DNA of 64,000 bases from Alphaproteobacteria bacterium (GCA_017935485.1 JAGBHO010000021.1:2479-66478); one strand, 5' to 3'; positions 17,800-27,988 are shown, numbered from the stretch's first letter. Translations and numbers: made by a program. Notes: generated by a model from the sequence alone, not told the origin.

Positions 17800-18363
17800 T
17801 TAATTTTCGGCTTTCGGCTCTACCCAGCCGATATTGCCGTCTTTGCGGCGATATACCATGCTGATGTGGCCGTTGGCGCTGTTTCTGAACATCAGAGCAC
17901 ATTCTTCGTTCAAATCCATGAACATGACAGCTTCAGAAACCGTGCAGACCGGAATGTTGGCCTCTACTTCGGCAATTGTCAGCGGAGCATCGTCGATATC
18001 AATTTCTTCCTGAGTTTCATCAATGCGGAAAACGGCTTCGTTTGCAATTTCAGCCAGGCCGGTTTTGCCTTTGTGGTCGTTCAGTTTGGTTTTGTGACGA
18101 CGCAGGCGGGTTGCAATATGAGCATTGGCATTATCAAAAGCAGAATAGGGATCGCCGGCGGTGCCGCTGCCTTTTAAGACAATGTTTTTGGCAGGATGAA
18201 CGGTAACTTCAGCGCAAAAATCATCACGTTCTTTGGAGAAATAAACGTTGCAGCTGATCGGAGCGCTGAAATATTTGTTTACAGAGTTTGAAATATTCTC
18301 TTCAACATGTGAACGCAGTCTGTCGCCAATGTCTACTTGTTTGCCTGTCAATGTAATTTTCAT
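17800..18363 (-). CDS. hpf: Ribosome hibernation promoting factor (long form)
   Basis: MKITLTGKQVDIGDRLRSHVE N-terminus and a C-terminal dimerisation-type extension. ATG at 18363 after AAGGAAAA. Confidence 0.92.
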   Translation of the reverse strand: MKITLTGKQVDIGDRLRSHVEENISNSVNKYFSAPISCNVYFSKERDDFCAEVTVHPAKNIVLKGSGTAGDPYSAFDNANAHIATRLRRHKTKLNDHKGKTGLAEIANEAVFRIDETQEEIDIDDAPLTIAEVEANIPVCTVSEAVMFMDLNEECALMFRNSANGHISMVYRRKDGNIGWVEPKAEN

Positions 18364-18508
18364 AATTTTTCCTTGCAAATTGATTATTAACCATGTTTAT
18401 AAGCATTAATATACTTCAGTTTGATGCTTATTACAATCAGAAAATCAGATAATAACATATTTCGGGAAAAGTCAATATAAAACTTTTCCGCCTTTTGCTT
18501 GTGCTTTG

Positions 18509-19993
18509 TTATGGCGTTGTTTTTTGTTTTTTGCGGACGGCCGAGGAGGCCAGGCCGAGCTGATCGCGGTATTTGGCGACGGTGCGGCGGGCGATTTTTA
18601 TGCCTTCCTGTCCCAAGAGATCGACAATTTTATCATCTGATAAGATATTGTCCGGTTTTTCTTCGTCGATCATTTTTTTGATTTTATGTTTGATTGTCAG
18701 CGTGGAGGTGGCGTCATCGCCGGTATAACTGCCGGCAGCGTTGGTGAAGAAATATTTGAGTTCGAAGATGCCGAGCGGCGTGTGCATATATTTGTTGGAG
18801 GTGACGCGGCTGACGGTGCTTTCATGCATCTCAACCTGTTCCGCAATGTTTTTAAGCTGCATGGGGCGCAGAAAATCAATGCCTTTTTCAAAGAATTCAT
18901 ATTGGTTCCGGACAATTTCTTCCGTGACCTTCAGAATGGTTTCGGCTCTTTGGCGCAGCGCCCTTACCAAAAAGCCGGCATTGCCGAGCTGCTGCTTGAG
19001 GTACCGGCGTTCGGTTTTGCCGCCTTTGTCTTTGACTTCCGAATAGTATTGGCGGTTGACCAGTATGCGCGGCAGCGACATATTGTTGAGTTCTATCCGG
19101 TAACTGCCGTCTTTTTTGCGGCGAACGAAAACATCCGGAATGATATAGCTTGTGAGATCATGGTGGTATTCGGCGGCCGGTTTGGGATTGAGGGATTTGA
19201 TATCATCTATGACGGACGCAAGATCCTCGTCATCAATCCGGCAGATTTTTTTCAGCTCGGCAAACTTTTTGTCTCCCAGCAGTTCAAGGTTGTTCAGAAC
19301 TTTTTCGGCAACGGGATCCAGGCGCCCTTTGTCCCGAAGCTGAATTTTCAGACATTCGGACAGGGAACGGGCGAATATGCCCGATGGTTCGAATTCCTGC
19401 ATTTTGTTTAAAATATTTTCGGCAGTGTTTTTCTCAATTTTCAGCCGTTTGGCAATCGCGGACAAGTCTCCGCGAAAATATCCGGCATCGTCAAGATGTT
19501 CGACCAGATTTAAGGCAATGCTTCGTTCCTTGGCAGAAATGAAACTTTGAGAAATCTGTTCGTCCAGCAAGCGGTAAAGGGATTTTTCATCGGCGAGCTT
19601 TTGTTCAAAAAAATCATAATCGTCATCGTCGCGTTTGTTTTTTGCGGCGGCATAATCCTGCCAGTCGTACCGGTTTTCGGCATCGTCGTACCCTTCACGG
19701 TCACTGCCGAAATCATCGCATTCGTTATCGCAGGGTATGTCGTTCGGCGTTTCTTCCGCCGTATCGGGAATTGAGTCTGCGGCGTAGTCATCAATGGTCG
19801 GGATTGCGGTTTCCGGCAGCAGGGGACTGTTTTCATCTTCCCGTTCCAGCAGCGGATTCTGCTCGAGTTCTTTTTCTATCAAGGCGTTTAATTCGAGGTT
19901 TGAAACCTGCAGGAGATTGATGGCTTGCCGCAGTTCCGGCGTCATTACCAGAGACTGTGTCTGCTTCAGGTCTAAATGCGGGGTGACGGCCAT
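18509..19993 (-). CDS. rpoN: RNA polymerase sigma-54 factor
   Basis: LKQTQSLVMTPELRQAINLLQ N-terminus, acidic region II, and the RpoN box ARRTVAKYR. Confidence 0.97.
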   Translation of the reverse strand: MAVTPHLDLKQTQSLVMTPELRQAINLLQVSNLELNALIEKELEQNPLLEREDENSPLLPETAIPTIDDYAADSIPDTAEETPNDIPCDNECDDFGSDREGYDDAENRYDWQDYAAAKNKRDDDDYDFFEQKLADEKSLYRLLDEQISQSFISAKERSIALNLVEHLDDAGYFRGDLSAIAKRLKIEKNTAENILNKMQEFEPSGIFARSLSECLKIQLRDKGRLDPVAEKVLNNLELLGDKKFAELKKICRIDDEDLASVIDDIKSLNPKPAAEYHHDLTSYIIPDVFVRRKKDGSYRIELNNMSLPRILVNRQYYSEVKDKGGKTERRYLKQQLGNAGFLVRALRQRAETILKVTEEIVRNQYEFFEKGIDFLRPMQLKNIAEQVEMHESTVSRVTSNKYMHTPLGIFELKYFFTNAAGSYTGDDATSTLTIKHKIKKMIDEEKPDNILSDDKIVDLLGQEGIKIARRTVAKYRDQLGLASSAVRKKQKTTP

Positions 19994-20006
19994 CAGTCAA
20001 TTCCTC

Positions 20007-20747
20007 TTACATGGAGAAATTATCGCCCAGATAAACTTTTCTGACCTCTTTGTTGGCAATAATTTCTTCCGGTGTGCCTTCCATTAAAACGGTGCCTCCG
20101 TGTAAGATATAGGCCCGATCCGTAATATCAAGGGTTTCTCTGACATTGTGGTCGGTAATCAGCACGCCCAGACCGCGGTGTTTGAGTTGGGAAACCAGAT
20201 TGCGAATCTCACCGACGGCAATCGGGTCAATACCGGCCAAAGGTTCGTCAAGCAAAATAAAATTCGGCTGGCTGGCCAAGGCTCTGGCGATTTCCAACCG
20301 TCTCCGCTCGCCGCCGGACAAGGCAATGGCCGGCGATTTGCGCAGATGGGAGATGGAAAATTCCGATAAAAGTTCTTCCAACATGTTTTCACGCTGGCTT
20401 TCGTCGTCAATCACAAGTTCCAAAATAGCTTTGATGTTATCTTCAACCGTTAACGAGCGAAAAATGGAAGCTTCCTGCGGCAGGTAGCCGATACCCATGC
20501 GGGCGCGGCGGTACATCGGCAGGTTGGTAATGTCTTTGCCGTCAATATGGACGTCGCCGTAGTCCGGCGTAATCAGGCCGGTAACACAATAAAAGCAAGT
20601 GGTTTTGCCGGCGCCGTTCGGGCCGAGCAGGCCTACGGCCTCGCCGCGGCGGACGTTGAGTGAAACATTACGCAAAACCGGCCGGTTTTTATATTTTTTT
20701 CCGATGTTGAAGATTTCCAGTTTGGAATCGCCGTAGTTATTGGACAT
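20007..20747 (-). CDS. lptB: LPS export ABC transporter ATP-binding protein
   Basis: Walker A GPNGAGKTT, signature LSGGERRRLEIARAL, Walker B ILLDEP. The ATG at 20747 overlaps the lptA end. Confidence 0.95.
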   Translation of the reverse strand: MSNNYGDSKLEIFNIGKKYKNRPVLRNVSLNVRRGEAVGLLGPNGAGKTTCFYCVTGLITPDYGDVHIDGKDITNLPMYRRARMGIGYLPQEASIFRSLTVEDNIKAILELVIDDESQRENMLEELLSEFSISHLRKSPAIALSGGERRRLEIARALASQPNFILLDEPLAGIDPIAVGEIRNLVSQLKHRGLGVLITDHNVRETLDITDRAYILHGGTVLMEGTPEEIIANKEVRKVYLGDNFSM

Positions 20748-21549
20748 CTTTATTTTCCTCCGCAGTCGGTGCCGTTTCTTTGTTTTTGGCTTTTTCAATA
20801 AACACGCCGGTCACTCGTTTTTTCGTTCCCGGAGCAACCAGCATTTTGCTGATGCCGGTATTCAGGTTGGTTTCGGCCAAATCGCCGTGCAGTTTGTTGC
20901 CTTTTTGGTCAATGGTAATATTGTCGTAGAGTTTGACCAGCCCCTGTTTGGGCAGATAGGTTCCGCGGTCGGCCCAAACCGTGCCGTCTTTGGTCAAGAT
21001 TTTGACGTTGCCGAAAACTTTTACCTGTTTCATGGTTGTCTTTCCGGCTTTGTCTTTTTCAAAATGGGCAATCATGCTGTCCGCATAGATTTTGCTTTCG
21101 CCGTTTGTGGCGTAAACATTGCCTTCGGCAACGGCTTTTTGCTGTGACGGGTAGTAGGTAATATGGTCTTCGGCCGTAATGGTATCCGTCGGGGTTTTGA
21201 CTTTGGCCGGAGTGCCGTGCAAAACGGCCTTGTCGGCAATCAGGTCATAGTCCATCGTATGGCCGTAGGCTGAAGATTCCCCTGATTTCATAATGACATT
21301 GTCGCGGGCATGGACTCTGGATATTTGCTGTTTGCCGGTAGAGGGAAGCTTTTGATACCAGGCAGAGAGTTCGCCGGCTTTTATGCTCATATCTTTTTTG
21401 CTGGCAACGGCGTTGCCGACGGCAACCATTTTTTGTTCTTTGGAATGCCATTCGACTTTGTTGTCGGCGTGAATGTTAATATCTTCCGCAGCGGCGGCAG
21501 AGCTTAGGAAAAGGCCGAAAACGGCGGTGATAAGAGATAATTTGCGCAT
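20737..21549 (-). CDS. lptA: LPS transport periplasmic protein LptA (OstA-like)
   Basis: Signal peptide MRKLSLITAVFGLFLSSAAAA from the ATG at 21549. Repeated beta-jellyroll-like segments. Lies between lptC and lptB. Confidence 0.85.
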   Translation of the reverse strand: MRKLSLITAVFGLFLSSAAAAEDINIHADNKVEWHSKEQKMVAVGNAVASKKDMSIKAGELSAWYQKLPSTGKQQISRVHARDNVIMKSGESSAYGHTMDYDLIADKAVLHGTPAKVKTPTDTITAEDHITYYPSQQKAVAEGNVYATNGESKIYADSMIAHFEKDKAGKTTMKQVKVFGNVKILTKDGTVWADRGTYLPKQGLVKLYDNITIDQKGNKLHGDLAETNLNTGISKMLVAPGTKKRVTGVFIEKAKNKETAPTAEENKDVQ

Positions 21550-21550
21550 A

Positions 21551-22255
21551 TTATTTGTTCCCTGCGTTAAAGCTTTCTTCTCTGATTTTAATATCGGCCG
21601 GGCCGATAAATACCAACACTCCGGTCCGGTTGTATAAGTCAAATCCGGCGGCTTTAATGTCCCCGAAAATACCCTGGCCGTCAACAGGAGTGCGTCCGCT
21701 GCCGGTTGAAGTCGTGAAATTAAAGTCAGCTTCAAAAGTATTGACGCTCATGCCTTCGCTATAAAACATTTCTACCTGATCGGTCAGTTTCAGGATGTTG
21801 TCAGTCTGGTTGAAAAAACCGGTCGGAGCTTTGATGTTGACCCAGGTGTCATCGCTGCCGGGTATAATGCCCTCGGGGGCGTTGAGCCTTATCAATTTTG
21901 AACCGGGGGAAGTTTCATCAATGTTGACGGCCGTAAGGTTGGTGACCCGGTTGTTTTTGTCAGTGATATAAAAAGCGGCTTTTTCCATATGAAGTTTTTC
22001 GAGCTCGCCGCTTTTGGGGCGGGTGATGTCAAGTTTTATGTCATAAGCCTGTTGCCGGAGATTGGGAAAAATGAGCAAGAGACCGATGAGCAATGCCGCA
22101 GCGCCGGGCAGCAGCAGTTTGGCAAGACGGATCATTCTGGAATGGCGGCTTACGGCATCTTTTTTTTGCGGTGAAGATGCCGGTTTCTGATAAAAATATT
22201 TATCCAGTTTTTGAGTATCGGACAACTCAGGCCACTCCGATGCGCAGGCAGTCAT
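21551..22255 (-). CDS. lptC: LPS export system protein LptC
   Basis: Single TM LLLPGAAALLIGLLLIF followed by a periplasmic beta-rich domain. The gene position fits. The start is uncertain: ATG at 22255, or ATG at 22135 giving 194 aa. Confidence 0.75.
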   Translation of the reverse strand: MTACASEWPELSDTQKLDKYFYQKPASSPQKKDAVSRHSRMIRLAKLLLPGAAALLIGLLLIFPNLRQQAYDIKLDITRPKSGELEKLHMEKAAFYITDKNNRVTNLTAVNIDETSPGSKLIRLNAPEGIIPGSDDTWVNIKAPTGFFNQTDNILKLTDQVEMFYSEGMSVNTFEADFNFTTSTGSGRTPVDGQGIFGDIKAAGFDLYNRTGVLVFIGPADIKIREESFNAGNK

Positions 22256-23189
22256 GCATGTGCAGAATGCCGACCGGTTTTCGGTCTTTTAAAACAAAGA
22301 GCTGGGTGATCTGCTTTTCGTTCATGGTTTTTAACGCTTCGGCCACAAGCATATCGCCTTCAATCGTTTTGGGATTGCGGGTCATGATTTCGGAAGCTTT
22401 TTTGTTAAAGATGTCGGCGCTCATGCAGCGGCGCAGGTCGCCATCGGTAATAATGCCTTCCAAGCAGCCGTCTTTATCGACAATTCCGACACAGCCCAGC
22501 ATTTTTGACGTCATGGTCAGCAGCGCTTCCTGCATGGAAGCTGTATCGGAAACCAACGGGATTTCTTCGTCTTTATGCATCAGGTCAAAAACCTTTTGCA
22601 AAAAGGCGCCGAGTTTGCCTCCGGGGTGTCTCTGACGGAAATCCGTTTTGGTAAAGCCCTTGCGTTCCAGCAGAGCAATAGCCAGAATGTCTCCCAAAAC
22701 CAATGTTGCGGTCGTGGATGATGTCGGCGCCAGTCCGAGCGGGCAGGCTTCGCCGTTATCCGGCAGTTTGAGGATAATATCGCCGGCTTTTCCCAATGCG
22801 CTCTGCGGGTTTTTGGTAATGGCGATTAACGGAATGCCGTAACGTTTGCAATAAAGGATAATGTCAGAGAGTTCTTTGGTCTCGCCGGAATTGGAGATGG
22901 CGATGACAATGTCTTCGTCAGTCAGCATTCCCAAGTCGCCGTGACTGGCTTCGCCGGGGTGTACAAAGAAAGACGGCGTGCCCGTGGAGGCCAGCGTTGC
23001 CGCAATCTTGCTGCCGATATGACCCGATTTCCCCATACCGGTAATGATGACGCGGCCTTTGGTGTTTTGCATCAGGTCAAGAGCCCGGGAAAGGCTGTCG
23101 CTGATTTCGTTTTCCATGATTTTTAAGGCGTCGATTTCTTTTTCAATGGTTCTTTTTGCAGACTGCAAGTCTTCTTCGCGTGTCATCAT
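22227..23189 (-). CDS. kdsD: Arabinose-5-phosphate isomerase (SIS + 2 CBS)
   Basis: GRVIITGMGKSGHIG, SNSGET and a tandem CBS C-terminus. ATG at 23189 after AGAGGA (the ORF extends to a TTG at 23207). Confidence 0.93.
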   Translation of the reverse strand: MMTREEDLQSAKRTIEKEIDALKIMENEISDSLSRALDLMQNTKGRVIITGMGKSGHIGSKIAATLASTGTPSFFVHPGEASHGDLGMLTDEDIVIAISNSGETKELSDIILYCKRYGIPLIAITKNPQSALGKAGDIILKLPDNGEACPLGLAPTSSTTATLVLGDILAIALLERKGFTKTDFRQRHPGGKLGAFLQKVFDLMHKDEEIPLVSDTASMQEALLTMTSKMLGCVGIVDKDGCLEGIITDGDLRRCMSADIFNKKASEIMTRNPKTIEGDMLVAEALKTMNEKQITQLFVLKDRKPVGILHMHDCLRIGVA

Positions 23190-23311
23190 TTTGTAGTCCT
23201 CTGTCAAATTTGTTCTGACAGCGAGGGTATTATTTTATATTGCGAATTGCAAGAGATTTTTACTTGTTATGCAAAAATCAGACCAAAAAATCAAATTTAT
23301 GGACTTAATTT

Positions 23312-23527
23312 GACTCAAAGATCCGACGTTTTTTTTAGCGGCCGAGGACAGATTCCCGAATCCGTGCAACAAGTTTGCGACTCGGGAAAATAAAGTCTTA
23401 AGCAAAGGTAAAAATATTTTAGACTCAAATGTGAAAAAAATTGTAAAAACGGGGTTGACTTTCGGGGAAACTGATTCTAGTATGCCGAGACTCATTTGAG
23501 AATGACGGGTGGCATGTGCCCGGAATC
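23312..23527. promoter_or_regulatory. Cluster of 8 GANTC sites (4 are GACTC, 3 of them as GACTCAAA/GACTCATT) around the rpsL promoter
   Basis: Sites start at 23312, 23351, 23358, 23389, 23422, 23473, 23489 and 23523. One lies in the promoter spacer and one at about +1. Confidence 0.7.
23455..23483 (+). promoter_or_regulatory. Sigma70-like promoter TTGACT-17-TAGTAT of the str operon
   Basis: Hexamers at 23455-23460 and 23478-23483, about 90 nt upstream of rpsL. Confidence 0.6.
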
Positions 23528-23573
23528 TTTCAAAAATGAGGAGTTTAATTTATTTAATTTAAGGAAATTAGTG

Positions 23574-23945
23574 ATGCCTACAATTAATCAGTTAATTCGT
23601 AAATCACGAACACCCAAAGTGAAAAGAAACAAAGTTCCGGCTTTGAAAGCTTGCCCTCAGAAACGCGGTGTTTGTACAAGGGTTTATACAACAACCCCTA
23701 AGAAACCGAACTCTGCGTTGCGTAAAGTGGCACGTATCCGCTTGACAAACGGCTTTGAAGTAATCAGCTATATCCCTGGTGAAGGTCACAACCTGCAAGA
23801 ACACTCAGTGGTGCTGATTAGAGGAGGCCGTGTAAAAGACTTGCCTGGTGTTCGTTATCATATCATCCGCGGCACTTTGGATACACAGGGTGTTGCCAAA
23901 CGTCGTCAACGTCGTTCTCTGTACGGCGCCAAGAGACCTAAATAG
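23574..23945 (+). CDS. rpsL: 30S ribosomal protein S12
   Basis: [10 protein letters not shown]...[16 protein letters not shown]... ATG at 23574 after AAGGAAA. Confidence 0.98.
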   Translation: MPTINQLIRKSRTPKVKRNKVPALKACPQKRGVCTRVYTTTPKKPNSALRKVARIRLTNGFEVISYIPGEGHNLQEHSVVLIRGGRVKDLPGVRYHIIRGTLDTQGVAKRRQRRSLYGAKRPK

Positions 23946-23954
23946 GAGAAATGA

Positions 23955-24428
<474 letters not shown>

Positions 24429-24446
24429 TCGAGGAGACAAAAGACA

Positions 24447-26522
24447 ATGGCTCGTACACATAAATTGGAAATGTACAGAAACATCGGTATTATGGCTCAC
24501 ATTGACGCCGGTAAAACAACGACTACCGAGCGTATTTTGTATTATACCGGTCAAAACCATAAAATCGGCGAAACCCATGACGGTGCCGCTACCATGGACT
24601 GGATGGAACAGGAGCAGGAGCGCGGTATTACAATTACCTCTGCTGCCACAACCTGTTTTTGGAAAGGCCATCGCGTTAATATTATTGATACTCCGGGACA
24701 CGTTGACTTTACTGTTGAAGTTGAACGTTCTTTGCGCGTGTTGGACGGTGCTATTACCGTATTTGACTCGGTTGCCGGTGTTGAACCTCAGTCTGAAACC
24801 GTTTGGAGACAGGCTGACAAATATGGCGTTCCGCGTATTTGCTTCTGCAACAAAATGGATCGTATCGGGGCAAACTTCTATCGCTGTCTGGAAATGATCA
24901 AAGACCGTCTGGGTGCACGCCCGATGGCTGTTCAATTGCCGATCGGCGCTGAAGCTGATTTTAAAGGAATTATTGATCTGATCAATATGAAAGCCGTTAT
25001 TTATACCGGCGATACTCCTGATTCTCCGATTAATGTCGTTGAAATTCCGGCGGAGTTCAAAGACAGAGCCGAAGACTATCATCATCAGCTGGTTGAAATG
25101 GCTGTCGAAGAAGATGAGCAGGCCATGGAAGATTATCTGGAAGGCAAAGAAGTTTCTGTCGAGACTTTGAAAAAATGTATCCGCAAAGGTACGATTGCTC
25201 AGGATTTTGTTCCGGTTCTGTGCGGTACCGCATTCAAGAACAAAGGTGTTCAGCCGTTGTTGGATGCTGTTATTGATTATCTGCCGTCTCCGGTTGATAT
25301 TCCTGCCGTTGAAGGCGTCAAGCCGGGAACTGACGAAGTTATCACCCGCAAGCCGTCTGACAACGAGCCGTTGTCCGCTTTGGCCTTTAAGATTATGAAT
25401 GACCCGTTTGTCGGTTCTTTGACTTTTACCCGTATCTATTCCGGTACAATGTCTGCCGGTTCTTATATCTATAACTCGGTTAAAGATAAGAAAGAACGCG
25501 TCGGCCGCATGTTGTTGATGCATGCCAATAAACGTGAAGAACTCAAAGAAGCCAACGCCGGTGATATTGTGGCTTTGGCAGGTTTGAAAGATACCACAAC
25601 CGGTGATACCTTGTGTGATCAGACTCATCCGATTGTTCTGGAAAACATGGAGTTTCCGGATCCGGTTATTGAGTTGGCCGTTGAACCGAAGACTAAAGCC
25701 GACGTTGAAAAAATGGGCCTGGCTTTGTCCCGTCTGGCTATGGAAGATCCGTCTTTCAAGGTTTCTTCCGATCCCGATTCCGGTCAAACCATTATTAAAG
25801 GTATGGGCGAATTGCACTTGGATATTATTGTTGACCGTCTGCGCCGCGAATTTAAAGTCGAGGCTAATGTCGGCGAACCGCAGGTTGCTTATCGCGAGAC
25901 CATTACCAAACCTTGTGATATTGAATATACTCACAAGAAGCAGTCCGGTGGTGCCGGTCAGTTTGCCAAGGTCAAAATCAAGTTTGAACCGATTGAAGGT
26001 TACAACGGTTTTGAGTTTGAAAACACTGTTGTTGGCGGTAATGTTCCGAAAGAATATATTCCGGGTGTTGAAAAAGGTTTGCGCTCGGCAATGGATGCCG
26101 GTGTATTGGCCGGATATCCGGTAACGGGTGTCAAAGCTACACTTTATGACGGTGCTTATCACGAAGTCGACTCTAACGTTATGTGCTTTGAAATTGCCGG
26201 ACGTGCCGCTTTCCGCGAAGGTATGCGCCAGGCCGATGCCAGACTGTTGGAGCCGATTATGAAGGTTGAAGTTGTTACCCCTGAAGAATATATGGGTGAT
26301 ATTATCGGTGACCTGAACTCCCGCCGCGGTTTGGTAAGCGGTATGGATCAGAGAGCCAATGCGCGCGTTGTTGATGCGAGCGTTCCTCTGGCCAACATGT
26401 TCGGTTATGTAAATACTTTGCGTTCTTTGTCTCAAGGCCGCGCTCAGTTTACAATGGTATTCGACCATTATGCCGAAGTACCGAGAGAAGTGGCTGAGAA
26501 GGTGAAAGCCAAAAACGCATAA
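24447..26522 (+). CDS. fusA: Elongation factor G
   Basis: [28 protein letters not shown] and NKMDR GTPase motifs, 691 aa. Confidence 0.98.
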   Translation: MARTHKLEMYRNIGIMAHIDAGKTTTTERILYYTGQNHKIGETHDGAATMDWMEQEQERGITITSAATTCFWKGHRVNIIDTPGHVDFTVEVERSLRVLDGAITVFDSVAGVEPQSETVWRQADKYGVPRICFCNKMDRIGANFYRCLEMIKDRLGARPMAVQLPIGAEADFKGIIDLINMKAVIYTGDTPDSPINVVEIPAEFKDRAEDYHHQLVEMAVEEDEQAMEDYLEGKEVSVETLKKCIRKGTIAQDFVPVLCGTAFKNKGVQPLLDAVIDYLPSPVDIPAVEGVKPGTDEVITRKPSDNEPLSALAFKIMNDPFVGSLTFTRIYSGTMSAGSYIYNSVKDKKERVGRMLLMHANKREELKEANAGDIVALAGLKDTTTGDTLCDQTHPIVLENMEFPDPVIELAVEPKTKADVEKMGLALSRLAMEDPSFKVSSDPDSGQTIIKGMGELHLDIIVDRLRREFKVEANVGEPQVAYRETITKPCDIEYTHKKQSGGAGQFAKVKIKFEPIEGYNGFEFENTVVGGNVPKEYIPGVEKGLRSAMDAGVLAGYPVTGVKATLYDGAYHEVDSNVMCFEIAGRAAFREGMRQADARLLEPIMKVEVVTPEEYMGDIIGDLNSRRGLVSGMDQRANARVVDASVPLANMFGYVNTLRSLSQGRAQFTMVFDHYAEVPREVAEKVKAKNA

Positions 26523-26526
26523 TTTT

Positions 26527-26642
26527 CCATTTTAAGGGAAATCTAAAGCGGTTTTACGTGGTCGGTAAAAATTCATGTACGTTTGTGTACACTAAAATTT
26601 TTACCGCCACTAGAAACCATTTTATCTTCCTCCTTAAAAGTG
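26527..26642 (+). repeat. Long imperfect hairpin element, copy 1 (apex TGTAC-GTTTGT-GTACA at 26576-26591)
   Basis: Starts 5 nt after the fusA stop. I paired the arms by hand along about 50 nt each (for example GTGG(T)CGGTAAAAATT / AAATTTTTACCGCCAC). Homologous to the copies at 27889, 34741 and 44745. Confidence 0.8.
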
Positions 26643-26693
26643 AAAAATACTAACTCATTTTAATATATAATTTTTTATTTGGAGTAAATCTAA

Positions 26694-27884
26694 ATGGCAA
26701 AAGAGAAGTTTGAGCGGACGAAGCCGCACTGCAATATCGGAACAATCGGTCACGTGGACCACGGTAAAACGACATTGACGGCAGCGATTACGAAAGTATT
26801 GGCTGAAGAAGGCGGCGCCAGCTTTACAGCATATGATCAAATTGATAAAGCCCCGGAAGAGAAGGCACGCGGAATTACCATTTCTACGTCGCACGTAGAA
26901 TATGAGACACCGAACCGCCACTATGCGCACGTAGACTGCCCGGGTCACGCGGACTATGTTAAAAACATGATTACCGGTGCAGCGCAGATGGACGGTGCGA
27001 TTTTGGTAGTGAGTGCCGCCGACGGCCCGATGCCGCAGACGCGTGAACACATCTTGCTGGCCCGTCAGGTAGGCGTACCGGCATTGGTTGTTTACATGAA
27101 CAAAGTAGACCAGGTAGATGATCCGGAATTGTTGGAATTGGTCGAGATGGAAATTCGCGATCTGTTGAGTTCTTATGAATTTCCCGGCGATGAAATTCCG
27201 ATTATCAAAGGATCAGCCTTGGCCGTATTGGAAAACGGAGATAAAACGATCGGTCATGATTCAATCATTGAATTGATGAAAGCGGTAGACAGCTACATTC
27301 CGCAGCCGGATCGTCCGAAAGACAAACCGTTCCTGATGCCGATAGAAGACGTATTCTCAATTTCGGGCCGCGGTACGGTTGTTACTGGTCGTGTAGAACG
27401 TGGTGTTCTGCATGTAGGCGATGAAATTGAAATCGTAGGCATTAAACCGACGCAGAAAACAACATGTACGGGTATTGAAATGTTCCGTAAGTTGTTGGAT
27501 GAAGGCGAAGCCGGGGATAACATCGGTGTATTGCTGCGCGGCACGAAGAGAGAAGAAGTAGAGCGCGGCCAGGTATTGGCAGCACCAGGAACGATTACGC
27601 CGCACACAACGTTTAACTGCGAATGCTATATTCTGACGAAGGAAGAAGGCGGGCGTCATACACCGTTCTTCAGCAACTATCGTCCGCAGTTCTACTTCAG
27701 AACAACCGACGTTACGGGTTCGATCGAACTGCCTGAAGGTACAGAGATGGTCATGCCCGGTGATAACATCCGGATGACGGCCACGTTGATTCACCCGATT
27801 GCGATGAATGAAGGTTTGCGTTTCGCCATTCGTGAAGGCGGTAGAACAGTTGGAGCCGGAGTGGTTTCCAAAATTATAAAATAG
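26694..27884 (+). CDS. tuf: Elongation factor Tu
   Basis: [22 protein letters not shown] and NKVD motifs, 396 aa. Confidence 0.98.
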   Translation: MAKEKFERTKPHCNIGTIGHVDHGKTTLTAAITKVLAEEGGASFTAYDQIDKAPEEKARGITISTSHVEYETPNRHYAHVDCPGHADYVKNMITGAAQMDGAILVVSAADGPMPQTREHILLARQVGVPALVVYMNKVDQVDDPELLELVEMEIRDLLSSYEFPGDEIPIIKGSALAVLENGDKTIGHDSIIELMKAVDSYIPQPDRPKDKPFLMPIEDVFSISGRGTVVTGRVERGVLHVGDEIEIVGIKPTQKTTCTGIEMFRKLLDEGEAGDNIGVLLRGTKREEVERGQVLAAPGTITPHTTFNCECYILTKEEGGRHTPFFSNYRPQFYFRTTDVTGSIELPEGTEMVMPGDNIRMTATLIHPIAMNEGLRFAIREGGRTVGAGVVSKIIK

Positions 27885-27888
27885 TGCT

Positions 27889-27972
27889 AAACGCCTTTCA
27901 TACTTGTTATTTTTCTTCTCGTGTATCTATGTTTACACTTCGTCGAAAAATAACGGCGTAGCAAAGGCATTT
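27889..27972 (+). repeat. Long imperfect hairpin element, copy 4 (short; apex GTGTA-N8-TACAC at 27921-27938)
   Basis: Starts 5 nt after the tuf stop. The arms AAACGCCTTTCATACTTGTTATTTTTC and GAAAAATAACGGCGTAGCAAAGGCATTT are complementary apart from a few mismatches. Confidence 0.7.
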
Positions 27973-27988
27973 ATCCCAATTTTAAGAA

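Noticed and set aside
23235-23495. An 86 aa minus-strand ORF in the kdsD-rpsL intergenic region
   Set aside because: It spans the divergent promoter region and has low-complexity hydrophobic sequence and no SD. The region is better explained by promoters and GANTC clusters.
26643-26693. An internal tuf promoter just downstream of hairpin copy 1 (a TATAAT at about 26668)
   Set aside because: A -10-like hexamer exists, but I found no acceptable -35 at 16-18 nt. It cannot be supported from sequence alone.
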